From the NCBI RefSeq assembly GCF_037042905.1, contig NC_087245.1, positions 13,208,001-13,268,000 on the forward strand: a stretch of DNA of 60,000 nt. Direction: 5' to 3'. This DNA comes from Lytechinus pictus. Taxonomy: Eukaryota. The translations under genes and the position numbers were made by a program. The notes beneath the pieces were generated by a model, which was not told the DNA's origin, searched no databases, and worked only from the letters and a program-made list of their open reading frames with translations. Of this stretch, positions 23,328 to 37,800 are shown in pieces. Each line of letters starts with the position of its first letter. Within the stretch, counting starts at the first letter, position 1.

Positions 23328-25420
23328 CATAAATAGGCGGATCCAGGGGGGGGGGGGCCGAGGTGCCCGGGCCCCCCTTTTGGCGGAGCAAAAAAAAAAG
23401 AAAAAGAGAGGAGAAAAAAGGAGAAACATAAGAGGAGGAAGACAACTGAATAAAATAAGATGAGGGGAAGACTTAGAAAATAATTTTAAAAAATCTTTCA
23501 TGTCGGGATATAAAATTTTCGCTCGCGCTTCGCGCTCGCATTGCCTTTTAGGTAATTTACATATCTTGCTCAATATGGAGCTTAAAATATCAAATTTTGA
23601 AGTCAATTTACAAAACATATTTCAGCTCGGAAATTGAACTTTCATTATTTTGTTAGATACACAAATTGATTTTTGAAAAGTGCTCTATAGCTGTAAAAAT
23701 TTCTGTTTTTTTGTCTGAATATTAACATTTTCTGCTTGCGCGCTCGCAAAATTTGATTTGTCAGGTACCTATTATTTTCTTGTATTCCATAAAGTTATCA
23801 AAATATCCCTATTCAGGTCAGATTGTCAAAACGTATCAGCTAGCCCTTCACGCTCGCATTTTGATTGGTGAGTTATGTATATCTCAATATTAATTCTAGA
23901 ACAAACTACTTAAAATCCCCATTTGATGACAGTTTATCAAAAATTTCGGCTCGCGATTTCCGCTCGCATTGATTGTTGAAAGATATTATCTCATGCCTCT
24001 TATTCATAATTACAAAAATGCTTTAAATGTCCAGTTTTCAGGCCATAATATTAACAGATTTCGCGCTCTCATGCTTAGGAAGAGAAATAGGTAGTTAGTC
24101 ATCATTTTCATATGATGACATAATGTCCTTATAGAATGTCCCGGTCCTATGTCAAAAGCTCAAAGTTATAATAATGAAACATACAGCTCCATATCCACCT
24201 CACAATTTTCCAAAAAATGTGCTTGAAATACAGAACTTAAATTGATCCCTTTTCAGATCGGAATATTATATATTTTTAGCTCGCGCTTTATTGATTTTCA
24301 TGATAAGAAAGGTATTTAGAATACCCAAATTCTAGGTCAAAATCTGAAAACGCATTTATTCAGATACGCAGCTTGTTCTCTATTTAAATCATTATTCAGT
24401 TTCAGATCACAATATCAAAAATTGACTGCTGGCGCTTTGCGCTCGCATTATTAACGTAGGAAACTTTGCAATTACTCATCCTTTTCATGATTTACAAAAC
24501 ATGAATAGAGTGTCCGGAATTTTTCCGCTCGCGCTTTGCGCTCGCATCAATTGTTAAGTTATATACGGTCGTTTCTCGTTTTCCATTCTTCAGGTAAAAA
24601 TGTCAAAAAATTTCAGCTCGCGCTTTGCGCTCGCATTATTCTATAGTTAATATATGTAACGTCTTCATGGCTAACAAGCAGCCGTTAATAGATCCTTTCT
24701 TTTAATTAGATCAAAACGTATATTAAAAATAAATAAAAAAAATTCTGCTCGCGCTTTGTGCTCGCATTATTTATAAAAGAAGATTTCTAATTACTCATTC
24801 TTTTCATGATTTACAAAATATGAATAGAGAGTCCCATTTTTATGTTTAAATATCGAATTTTTCAGCTCGTGCTTCGCGCTCGCATCAATATTTAGTTATA
24901 TACTTATCGTTTTCCATTCTTCAGGTAAACATGTCAAAATTTTCAGCTCGCGCTTCGCGTTCGCATTATTTGATAGTTGAAATACTTAACGTCTTCATCT
25001 CTAACAAGCTGCCGTTAACAGATCCTTTTTTTATCATATCAAAACGCATATTAAAAATTTCTGCTCGCGCTTCGCGCTCACAGCAATTATTTAGTTGGAT
25101 ACACATCTCGTTTAGGATCATAAACATTGCCCAAAATGTTTAAATTTTAAGACAAAATACAAAAATAAAGAAAAAGGTCGCGCTTCGCGCTCGCACTTTT
25201 TTTAAAATAAGGCTTATCATATTATATGATTATATATATATATATATAAACATATATATATATATACATATATATATATATGTAAAGCTTAGAAGTGACT
25301 ATTAGGACTACCCTTCAAAGAAACAAATTAACTTCGAGCGGCCGATCGGCCGATCGGGGAAAATGTGGCTGAAAAAAAGTTCCGGGCTCCCCCTATTGGC
25401 AAAGACTGGATCCGCCCCTG
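23328..25420. mobile_element. Non-autonomous hAT-like element with internal gctcgcgcttcgcgctcgcatt repeats, 6-bp TSD (TATCAG)
   Basis: Ends cat..aggcggatccagggg / ctggatccgcccctg, TATCAG on both flanks, many CpG-rich subrepeats. Confidence 0.75.
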
Positions 25421-26054
25421 TATCAGGTATTTTGAAAACAAATTTAATTGGTGTAGAATTTATTAATGACATTGTTTTACTTCATTTTATTAAGAATTGT
25501 TTTAAGTATGGATGTGTTGATCACAATAATTGATTGTACGTTCAAACGAAGCCTTGTAATATTATGGTGTAATTTGATTTAATAACGTTTCGAATTTATG
25601 ATCATGACTATTGTAATATTTTAGTGAAGAATTTTTAAATATTAATTGAATTATCAAAGATAAAATGTAAGAAGAAAAATGTAGAAATGGACATTAAACC
25701 TTTGACTGGTAAGTTTTGAAAATATGAAAATGCTCAATTATTTTACCCAAAGGGTATCTTACTTTGCTTCAGAAGTGATGTTCGCGGTTTACTGATCAAT
25801 TAATATTGAAAGATTCTTCACTAAAACAAATAAAATATATGAAACGCACAGAGTCAACCCTAAAATCACAAAATGACAAAAATCCTCAATTGACCTCAAC
25901 TGACAAATTGAGAGAGAGGGGTCTTTGACACACCTGAGTGCTTTCTGAAACAGTTTTCATCTTCAAAATAAATAAAGTCAGTTTGAAGCCTGATAATTAC
26001 CCTTTATTTTGATACTAAATAATATTGTCACTGTGTTTATATATATATATATAA

Positions 26055-27576
26055 GATCGCGAAATCTGTTAATATTATGGCCTGAAAGCTGGAAATTTAA
26101 AGCGCTTGTAATTATGAATAAGATGCATGAGTTAATATATTTTCAACAATCAATGCGAGCGCAAATCGCGAGCTAAAATTTTTGATAAACTGTTATGATT
26201 TTAAGTAGTTTTTAATAGAATTGATATTAAGATATACATAACTCACCAATCAAAATGCGAGCGTGCAGCGCTAGCTGATACGTTTTTACAATATGACCTG
26301 AATAGGGATATTTTGAGAACTTTATGGAATACAGGAAAATAATAGGTACATGATAAATCAAATTTTGCGAGCGCGCAGCGCTAATAGAAAACAACCAGAC
26401 CATAAAACGTAAATTTTTACAGAGCACATTTCAAATATCAATTTTTTTTTGCTCCGCCAATGGAGGGGGGGGGGGGGGGGGGGGGAGGGGGGGCCCTGGA
26501 TCCGCCTATGAGCAATGCTTCCTATTTATAATTACAAAAGTTTTCATGCCCTAATATCAACAAATTTCTGGCTCTCATTATAGGCTTATTAGATTAATTA
26601 ATAAGATAATACAATTTTCATGAATACTTAATAAATAAATTGCCCCCTTTCAGAATGGAATATCTACAAGCTTCATCTCGCGCTAAGGAAGAGGAATATG
26701 AAGATAGTCATCATTTTCATATGATGACACAATTTCTATAGAATGCCTAAGTCCTCGGTCAAAATAACAATACAGAATATCGAGCTTTGCACTCGCATCA
26801 ATTGCGATCCCCATTCACCTCACAATGAAAATGTTCCTACAAAGTGCTTGAAATAGTCGGTATATATCAATTATTATCAGCTCGCGTTTCGCGTTCTCAT
26901 TATTTATTTTTTGATGATAAAAGCTGATAAGAATGCCCAGAGTCTAAATCTAAAGCACGCGCACGCATATTTATTGAGATACACAGCTTGTTCTTCATTT
27001 AAAACGTGCTTTAATTAACCAATTTCAGATCGGGAAATCAAACCTTTTCTGCTCGAGCTTCGCGCTCGCTGATAGAAAGATGCCCAATTACCCATCCTTA
27101 ACATGATTTACAAAATATGAATAGAGTGTCCCGTTTTCAGGCCTGAATCTCATTTTTTTTCCCGCTCGCGCTTCGTGCTCGCATCTATTTTTATACCTAT
27201 CCCGTTAATGATTACAAAAAGTGCTTAGAATGTCAATTTTTAAGGTCGGTATGTCAACAACTTTTCAGCTCGCGCTTCGCGCTCGCATTATTTTATTGTT
27301 GAAATACGTATCGTCTTCATGGCTAATAACTGCAAACAGTACTAACAGGTCCCTTTTTTATCAGGCCAAAACGTATACTTAAAAACTTATACTCGCGCTT
27401 CGCGCTGGCAGTAATTATCTAGTTGCATACACATCTTGCTCAGGATCACACACATTGACCAGAATGTTCAATTTTCAGTACATAATACATAAAATTTCCA
27501 AACGAAATCGGGGAAAATATGGGTGAGAAATGTTTTGTTTCCCGCCCTTTATTAGCGAAAGCTGGATCCACCCCTG
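26055..27576. mobile_element. Second, rearranged copy of the same element
   Basis: 26055-26510 is the reverse complement of the left part of 23328-25420. 26520-27576 is the direct right part, ending ctggatccacccctg. Confidence 0.7.
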
Positions 27577-28874
27577 ATTCCAGTGGCTTTTCAAATATGA
27601 TTATAACTTTGATCGTAAACGAATCAAAACATCCATTGAATACAATTTCGTGAATGGAGGAGGGGCTCATAATTATCCTGGTATCATTGTGGAAGCGGGC
27701 GATAATTTGATCAAATCAATGCCGTTGATGAATCACTTATCCTTACAATTAAAGAGGAGACTTTAAATCACATTAATTAACACCACAATGTATATAATTC
27801 AAATGAACTTTGTTCAAAATTGGGAATGTTGTATCATCTCCAAATATAATCTCAAAGTTTATTTAAAATTTTTACTTTTCATATGCACCATCGTGCTATT
27901 TCCACGTTTTACAAGTCTATATTGTGGCCTGTGATCATTTCATATATCATCCTTATTCCCGATATTAAATCAAGATCCCATTTTTTTCATTCTCATCTTA
28001 CCTTTAACCATTCAGCAAATGAGTTTTCATTGAACAAATCTCGACTACTTTCTTCTTCCTTTTCTTATAAACTTTACGTTATTGATAAGTTTCCGTTATC
28101 ATCCTGACCGGAGCGAATATTTCACGGCTCGTTATACCCCCTTGAAAGACGATTTGGCTATCATTCTGTCTTCCAACTATTCAAAAAAAATTCTCGCTCG
28201 CTTCGCTTGCTTGAATTTGGATTTTAACTCTAATTCAGTAGTTTATGTCACAACAAATACATTACAACATAGCCATCGGAAAAAATACCTGAATACCTGG
28301 ACACCATTCTTTCTTCCACCTACTGAAAATTTGCTCGCCCGCTGTGTTCACTCGCCGTATTTATCCAATAATTACACCTGTATACACTCCTTGAAAGACT
28401 ATGTTGGTCATTTTGTCTTCCAACTCTACTGAAAATTTGTTCACTCGCTTCGCTCGTTCACATTTGAATATTAACTGTAGTTCAGTAGTTATATCACAGG
28501 CACAATAGCCATAAAAAAATCGTGAGAGCATGGCTGAAAGAGAGACGCATTATGTCAATGGTTATAATGTTCTCGTATACATAGCCCTTGGCGTGGGGGT
28601 ATCCCCCAAATTTTGAATTTTCAGGTCAATATATTGCTATCACCCCACCCCTGCTCGGACCAGATTTACGCCACTGGAAGGGCGGTGTATGTGCACCCAT
28701 AATGTACCCGGCTCCAATTTCTGTCTGCGCGCGAAAAAGTTTTGTGTACTCTGGATCAGCTGCTGCCTAGCTAGCCTGCAGCTAGCTGCTAAACAAATCG
28801 TAGCATCCTGTGGAAGAGTACAACGAAACAATCAGTCTTGCTTGCTTTCTCGTGTTTTAAAGCACATCGAAAAA

Positions 28875-31800
28875 ATGGGTTTGACAGCTCGTAATATCAT
28901 CACATACATCATTCTTGCTGTAATTATTGACCAAATGGCCCGAATTATGTAAGTGTCACTCTTTGGTTGAAGGTTGATCTTGTGTTGTTAGGTTGAGGTG
29001 TTGTATTATATTGTTTCGATTGTTTAACTACCAATCTCCGAGGACCAACCTAGCTTGCGTCGCGCCTGCAGTTTCGGGGAAGAAATAGAGTACGGTAAGC
29101 GTGAAACTGTCGACCACGGTCAACGCCCACCCCAAGCGGGTGTGTGAGTGGGACAGTGGGTGTGCGTTGCAGCATGTTCTACTCGAGCCCGCATCACTAT
29201 ATGCATAATTTATGATAAAACGAAACTTTCTTTGCAGCCCATCGCATGTTGTTTCAGTGTTATTATAAGCATGATAAGGGATGACAAATTTGTCATACCT
29301 GGAAAAGTTGTTTAAGGACAAGTTTTTTTGTTGATTCGTGTTCTAGATGGGTATTGAAAAGTAAATTCAGCTTGGTTGCCACTTTCCACCTTTGACCTTG
29401 GCAACCTTGAGCAATTCTTTAATTAACCTAATTAGCATAATCATCTAATTAGCGTGTATACAATATGTAATATGCTATTACTCTTAAGCCAGAAAGACTG
29501 AAAACATAAATAATGTAATTTTTCTAAGGGTTCCAAGCTGAATTTATTAAAGTAAATTGCGAAGGAATATATATATTCTGCACATTATATGTTAATTTGT
29601 GCAATATGGGTCTAGTGATCGATGGGAGGCATGTGCATCTTTTATCTTGTTACGAAAATGTTTTTTGCTCTCATTTCTTTATTTCTGTATATGTGTTCAC
29701 ACTTGGTACAAACGATGATCCTTGGATAATGCCACATGTTTGTTGAGGACAATGGTGAGATCAAACGTCATCTGGGCCAGGGGGTCAAAATTTTAAGTAA
29801 TAAGTCATGTGCATCAATTTTTTCCTGAAAGTTTTGGTATAACTTGCTCTATTTCTTTATTTCTGCATTATGTTTGCACTTAAGGGTACAAATGATCGAT
29901 CCTTGGGTAATTTGTATGCTCTCATCATTCTACTTGATCGATTGATTTGAATTTTAGAACGATTTTTGGGGGGTTTCTTTTTACATATTTTCAGTTTAAA
30001 AAATCACGTTATATTAAACATGTCCTAATTTCCCTATTTTAATATAAATTTTGTTTATACTTCAAACATATACCTGGGTCTTTCAGTAAAGTTGGGGGAC
30101 AAATTGTCAGAACTTACATGTATTGCCATTATATACAAAAGCGTCTCGCCTGAACGAAGTTTGGCGAGATCACATTGTGATAACATTTCTTGTAAGTCTG
30201 TTGACCAGTTACAAAATGTTATTTTTTTTGTTCAACATTCTCTCATTACTTTATTTCTGTCAATTATGTTCATACTTGGTACATAGGGCAATACCACATG
30301 TGTGTCCATGAGGATGATGGGGTTAAAGGTCATCTAGGGGTCAAAAGATCAAATGAAATGGGATCATGTCTATTGATCCTTCTTGAAGTTCTTGTGCAAC
30401 TTGCTCTCATTTGTTTATGCGTCAGTTTTGATCACACTTGATTTAAATTTATCCTTTGGTAATCACATCTGTGTCATTTAGGATGATAAGGCCATCTAAT
30501 ATTGTCAAATGGTGAAGTTTTTGTTAAGGTTGCTCTCACTTCTTTATTTCTGCATCAATTATGTTTACATTTGGTACAAATAATACTTTGGTAATACCTC
30601 ATGTGTGTTCATGAGGATTATGGGGTCAAAAGGTCATCTAGTGGTCAAAAGGTCAAATGATGAGCTTATGAATATCCTTTAAGTTTTTGTTCGACTTGCT
30701 CTCATTGAAGTATTTCTCAATTTCTGCATCAATTGTTAGAAATAATCATTGGGTGATATCATTCTTGTGTTCATGTGGTTCGTGATCAGGTCAAAGGTTG
30801 TCTAGGGGTCTTAATATCATATTGCATATTTTATTCATCAAAAAATCAGGTGAGACTCATGGGTCGTGATCCATCTTGTTCTGAAAGGATATTTCATGAG
30901 GAATCCAAAAATTGTAAATTGGCAGGCTGAACTGCTCACATTTTATGATTGAAAATGTTTGACTTTTTAGGACCCCCTAATGCCTTTTAATGCAAATACC
31001 CATGTATATTTTTCTCTTTTCCCACACCATTAATTACTTAATTTATTGGTATTGCTCATGAAATTCCCTTTCAGGTGGTATATAATTTGAGGGGATTGAT
31101 TCATTTCATCAAAGTAATTTTGATATGCAAATTATGTTGATTTTGATATTTTTGACAAGAAAATTGATGTTTTTTATCGGCTCTTACTTTAATTTTCAAA
31201 TAAGTAATTAATGATTCTATGGTGTATCACCTGTTATATTAAATATTTCGTTGTAAAATTAGACTTAAATCAAAGATCTAGCCTCATGAAAACCAAAGTT
31301 ATGCATATTTTAGCAGTATAAAAATCAGAGAGTCGCATATATATATAATGTGTACTGCCACCTCTATCCCTGAACTCCCCTTGCTATATTCATTATGTCA
31401 AGTGCTGCATCGTATTGTAAAAGGATGTGTATAAAAGCTTGTACTTTTAACTCTCATACAGCTTATACTCAGCTTTCAAATGATACCAATTTCATGACAA
31501 TACATCTCCATTCAGCTGAAAAATCACATCACAGTGTGTTCCTGTGTGAGAAATTTTATGTGTTTTTTATCCAAGGATTTTCAGGTTTTTTTTAGTCAAT
31601 TATCGTTAATTCAATTATTTGAGATAAATCGTGAATAGTTCTATTCAGTAGCGGACCGTGACACGGGAGGAGACAAAGCATTGGAGGGGCACTGTATTGT
31701 TTGTGAACAATGCTGTGCCCCCCCTAATGCTTTGTCTCCTCCGGGTCACGGTCCGCCACAGGTTTTATTATATTAGCCATGCGCGTCATGCTTTAAAAAG

Positions 31801-34800
31801 AGACCAAAATTAAAATCTCTAGCCCCCTGTAGGCTAGTCCAGATTGGACCTTGTTGTTTGGAAGTGCTTTTTCCCAAAGCTAACATAAGGTGGTTTCAAA
31901 CCGCCTCGATCACAAGAATCCCCGTTAAATTACGAGAACTTTTTTAGGCTGAAAAATACCCATTAATTATTCCTGCATTCACACCGCCCTGAAACATACC
32001 CTTCGGGATAAGTTCCTGAAGTTACGAACATGCGCAGTATGGTCTGATAAGCAGCAAGGCGCGAAATTCAAAATCACTAGCCCAGCAGCAACCCATGCAC
32101 GGCGCCGCACCCAACGACACGCTGGGCTAAAAGTTCCCGTAATTTGCTTTCAGACCGCCAAAATACCCACGACCTTGGAAAAATCCCCGCGAAAGTTCTC
32201 ATAATTTCGCCAAGTACCTACTATTTATCGGGTATTTTCTTTCGGGGATATTACGCGTAGTTTTTTGCTTTCACACCGCCAAAATACCTGGTATTTTCTG
32301 ATCGGGGTAAATTTCCCGATCAGAGAATACCTGGAACTGGCGAACTTCGAGGCGGTCTGAAACCACCTATAGAGGGCACATGTCTCCCAATCTCTAATCA
32401 GCGCCAATCCACTCATCTTCCCTCCCCAACAAGGTCCAGTACAAAACTTTGCTGTACCAGAAAAGCTAGGCATCAATCAAACAAGTTACACGGTAGGGGG
32501 TCAGGTGCCCTAGTCTCACACACCAAACAAGACACAAGTTTACCCAAAACAACTTCACCTCTAACAGGGTGAAAAATGCAAAGTTGTGTTTTTTTTTTTA
32601 CACTGTAAACATAAGGCTCCGTGTTCATGCACTTAAAAAATATCTATTCAGCGCCTTCCTCTCTCGCCAAATGATGCCACCCATGAACCAAGTATCAAAG
32701 TTTGAATAAGTAGACTACACCAGTCACAAGGAGGCAACAGCTGGTAAACATCTCTGGCTCAGGCAGCATCAACAGATCCTGGCCCCCACCCCCATCGTGG
32801 TCAATGGGCAGTGGAGGGTCAGGGGAAACCAGACCAGTGGCCTACAGGTACGACTAGTCTCTTGTACCAAACTTTTGCCTCCACTCAAATACAAGTTTAC
32901 CCCCAAGGACGATGAAAATACACAGATGTGACCGATGTTCTACAGAATAGACATATACCACCATGATAATTTGATATTCACATTTTATTCTATTGAAATG
33001 TTTTTTCTCTTACCCAATGATTTCATCCGTGGAATAAGTATTACAGTTTATAAGACTAGACTACGAAAACCAGGACCCTGTTGCTTCCATGAAATGACCT
33101 CCTGACCTCCATGATAAGGGGCAGTCAGTGTAATGCAATACATACATGCATGGAGCTAAGTTCTTTCAAATGTATTGATGAGTTTGTTACTCCATAATTG
33201 GGTACTGAGTTCCTATACGGGTTATTTCCAATTCGTCTAATGCTAATTCGTCCATTTGCAAACTGTCTACTTGATCTACCATCAGTTCGTCCTCTCACCA
33301 CATGGTCTACTTTAATTTAGTTTAATGTCATTCCGTCTAATGACCAGTTGGCCAATAGCCATTTAGTCCATTTACCATTTGGTCTAATTAGACTAATTTG
33401 TTGTGCAAAATGAATGAAAATAAAATGGAAATTAAAGGTCAAGTCCACCTCAGAAAAAAAATGATTAGAATCAATAGAGAAAAATCAGACAAGCACAATG
33501 CTGAAAATGTTATCAAAATCGGATGTAAAATAAGAAAGTTATGACATTTAAAAGTTTCGCTTATTTTTCACAAAATAGTTATATGAACGAATCAGTTACA
33601 TCCAAATGAGAGAGTTGATGATGTCACTCACTCACTATTTCTTTTGTTTTTTATTGTTTGAATTATACAATATTTCATTTTTTTACGAAATTGACAATTA
33701 GGACCTCCTTGCATGCCTGAACCACAAAATGTTCAAATAATGGAATTCCACGTGTTCAGCTGAGGGAGGAATGAAACTTCATTTCACATGACAATGACGA
33801 GAAAATCAAAATATTTCATATAATAGAATATAATAGAAATAGTGAGTGAGTGATGTCATCAGTTCCCTCATTTGCATACCAACCGAGATGTGCGGCATAT
33901 AACTGTTTTGTGAAATGAAGTGAAACTTTAAAATGTCATAACTTCTTATTTCACATCCGATTTTGATGAAATTTTCAGTGTTATGCATGCTTGTTGGATT
34001 TTCTCTTTTTATTCAAATCAAGTTTTTGTTGGGATGGACTTGACCAAATCAAATGGGTTTTTTATCAAGAAATTGAAAATTATGAAAATTCCGGCAAGTA
34101 CCAATTGTGTTCAAATTTGATAAACTTCATCCTTCCTTGAGCTATTCAATTTGATGGACAATTGTATATTAAGTTAGCAAGTATATCTAACAGTAACAGT
34201 TAAAAAAAAAAATAGAAAATATATTTGTTAATGTTTAGTATTCTAAAAATGTTGAGAAAATGTTGGAATGGTATCTTACTAATGTAACAAGTGACTGTTT
34301 TCAAAATTTTAATGTGCTTTCAAGGTGAAGTTCATCTCTACAACTTTATCCCATAAAATAGTTTATCATATTCTAATCCTATCCTTATCTTAAACCTATC
34401 ATTCTATATCTACACCTATCCACTGAAACCTGCCATTGATTCCTATATATCATGTATATGAGACGACTCTCCGATACCTGGCAGAATACATTTAATAACA
34501 ATTTTTCTATATATATACCTTAAAATTTCACCTATGAATGATCTATTTAATGAATTAATGATATGTTAATCAGGCTCCATACTTTTGTGAAACTTTTAAC
34601 AGGTACGTAAACATAGTCACGTATATATAAGCTGAAATTTTGGTCATTCTCTGGCTAATGAATATGTCCAGATGGCCAAACGTTTTCCCAACGTTGAATG
34701 TTTCCCAACCATGCCAACGTTGGCATAACGTAATTGTTCGAACAACCCAGGAACAAACTACATTCCAACGTTGTACCATCGTCACAATTACTATTTTCAC

Positions 34801-37800
34801 TGTTAAAGTCAAGATGTTGTTGTTTGGTTTTTAGCAGCGCTCACAAAAATAGTATATGCGCCAATCAAAATTATTCTATCATATAAAAAAAAAGTATTTT
34901 ATTATTTTCAGTAGATTTGGCCTTATAATTTAAAGGACAAGTCCACCCCAACAAAAAGCTGATTGGAATAGAAAGAGAAAAATCAAACAAACATAACACT
35001 GAAAATTTCATCAAAATCGGATGTAAAATAAGAAAGTTATAACATTTTAAAGTTTCGCTTAATTTTTCAAAACAGTTGTATGCACATCCTGGTCGGCATG
35101 CAAATGAGGGGACCAATGACATCATCCACTCACTATTTCTTTTGTATTTTATTATATGAAATATGAAATATTTTTATTTTATCGTCATTGTCATGTAAAA
35201 CAAAGTCTCATTCCTCCCTGAACTTCCATTATTTTAACATTTTGTGGTTCAAGCAAGGGGATCCTAATTGTCGAATTCGTAAAAATTGAAATATTGTATT
35301 ATTCAAACAATAAAAAGCAAAAGAAATAGTGAGTGAGTGACATCATCGACTCTCTCATTTGCATATTACTGAGTTGAGCATAGAACTGTTTTGTGAAAAA
35401 TAAGCGAAACTTTAAAATGTCATAACTTTCTCATTTTACATCCGATTTTGATTAAGTTTTCAGCGTTATTCATGTTTGAGTTCTCTATTTATTCAAGTCA
35501 ACCATTTTCTGGGGTGGACTTGACCTTTAAGATTTGAGAGGTATAAGGCCGTTCATTGGATAGAAGAGATTTCGCAAGCGCACGCAAGCTTTGTTACACT
35601 TTAATACAAGTTAAAAATATGGTATAACTCGAAAAAAATATCAACATCATTTCGCATTTGTAAACACCAGATGAAGGCGGAAAGTGCATTGCAATTTTTA
35701 TAACAATAATGGTGATGTCTATGAAGTATAAGACGACATGTCTTATACTTCATAGACATCACCATTATTGTGATGAAATGAAATTGAAATGATCAAAAGT
35801 ATAGTTTTGCATCATCATGATTCATCTGTCGGGCCTGGTGCCCTCCTGTTGCTGCCCCGTTCATATCCAAGTTATATTATAAAAACGGAAAAAAAAAATG
35901 AGTTCAATATTTTTTTCCATTATTTTGGGAAAACAAAAGAAAAAACATTTCTCAAGAATGTTTAAAACATTTTGAGAACATATTTTCATAACTTTTATAG
36001 AACCTTTAATGCTATTATCATTAAATTTTACCAAAGTTTTAAGATAGTATTTTTTATATCTATTTACCGTAATTATAGAGATATTATAGTAAAATGTTAT
36101 TATGTTTCTAAAAATTATGATATCATAAAAACATCAAAATATGAATGTTTGTTGTACAATTCATTAGTACTTCAGGAAAACATTAGAAAACCTTTTTTTT
36201 TTTCAAAAATGTTTAGTTATTAAAAAAAAATATATATTATCATAATTTTGTGGGAAAGTTTGTTAGTGTCACACCCATGGCATGATAATTATTCGTTTCT
36301 TAAAGGACAAGTCCACCCCATAAAAAGTTGATTTGAATAAAGAGAGAAAAAATCCAACAAGGTAATACTGAAAAATTAAATCAAAATCAGAAAGTTATGA
36401 CATTTTTAAGTCTCGCTTTATAATTTTCACAAAACAGTTATATTCACATCTTGGACAGGTATGCAAATGAGGGGACTGATGACATCACTCACTATTTCTT
36501 TTGTATTTTATTATATTAAATATTGAATATTCCAATTATATCCCTGTTGTCCTGTGAAACAAAGTTTTGTTCCTCCCTGAACACGTGGTATTACCTTTGT
36601 TTTAACAATTTATGGTTCGATCAATTCGGTCCTTATTGTCAAATCTGTAAAAATCGAAATACATTTAATAATTCAAACAATATCATACAAAAAATGGTGA
36701 GTGAGGGACATCAACTCTCTCAATTGCATGTCCGAGTCGTGCATATAACTGTTTTGTGAAAAATAATGGAAACTTCGTAACTTTCTCATTTTACTTCAGA
36801 TTTTGATAAAATTTTCACCGTTGTGCTTGAGAGTTTTTCGCTATTTAGAAAAATCAAAAATTTTCTGGGGTGGACTTGTCCTTTAAAAATGATATCATAA
36901 AATGTCAAAATTAGGATGTTTCTAATTAAATTTTCGAACATTTTTTTTTTAACATTGGAAAAGCATTTTTTAAAAATAAGTTTTGTTAAAATATTTGAGA
37001 AGCATAATCATAATCATGACATTTCGAGAATGATGTTTTATGTTATTGTCATATTCTACCAACATTATTTTTTTCACATAATGTATAACATTATAAAAAC
37101 GATGATAGTAAAATGAATTTATTTCTTAAATGATCAGATGTCTGATGTTATATCATAAATATGTATTAAAACAATATTTTCTCTCTTTTTTTAGTGAAAA
37201 TACTATAAAGCAGTTTCAGTTATGACATTCTAAGAACGTTTGATGTCATTGATATGATACTAGTATTACAACCTTTTAAAACTAGCACATCAATGATGTG
37301 GAGCTCATCCACCATCTCGCAACGATATTTAACACAGTTTTAATTTCAGCCCAGTTGACGTCACTGTAGTGAATTATATTGGTGACATAAATTGAGGATA
37401 TAGAATTGAAATTGATGAAGAAATTACATAGAAGCTTTTTTGTGATCTATGAATAGATTTCCTAGTCAAAATTTCAAAATTCTGTGTAGAAATTTGGTGA
37501 ACCTCATGAAGTGCTACCAAAAGGAAGCCGAAATAGGTCAACAAATAACGAAGGAGAAGCATTTGTTTGTGAATTTTGAAAAATGCGCATAAATTAGCAT
37601 ATTTAATGAGTTTCAAAATTCTGTGTAGAAGGTTTGAATCCCCCACCTAATGCTAAGCAAACAGAATTAAAATCAGACTTGAAATGACGAAGCGGGCAGC
37701 ATTTTGAAATTCAGTCAACAAATAAATAAGAGGCATTTTCTGTGATTTATGAATTTCGCATAAGTTAGCATAAATAATTTTCTACTCCGGCCAAATTTCA

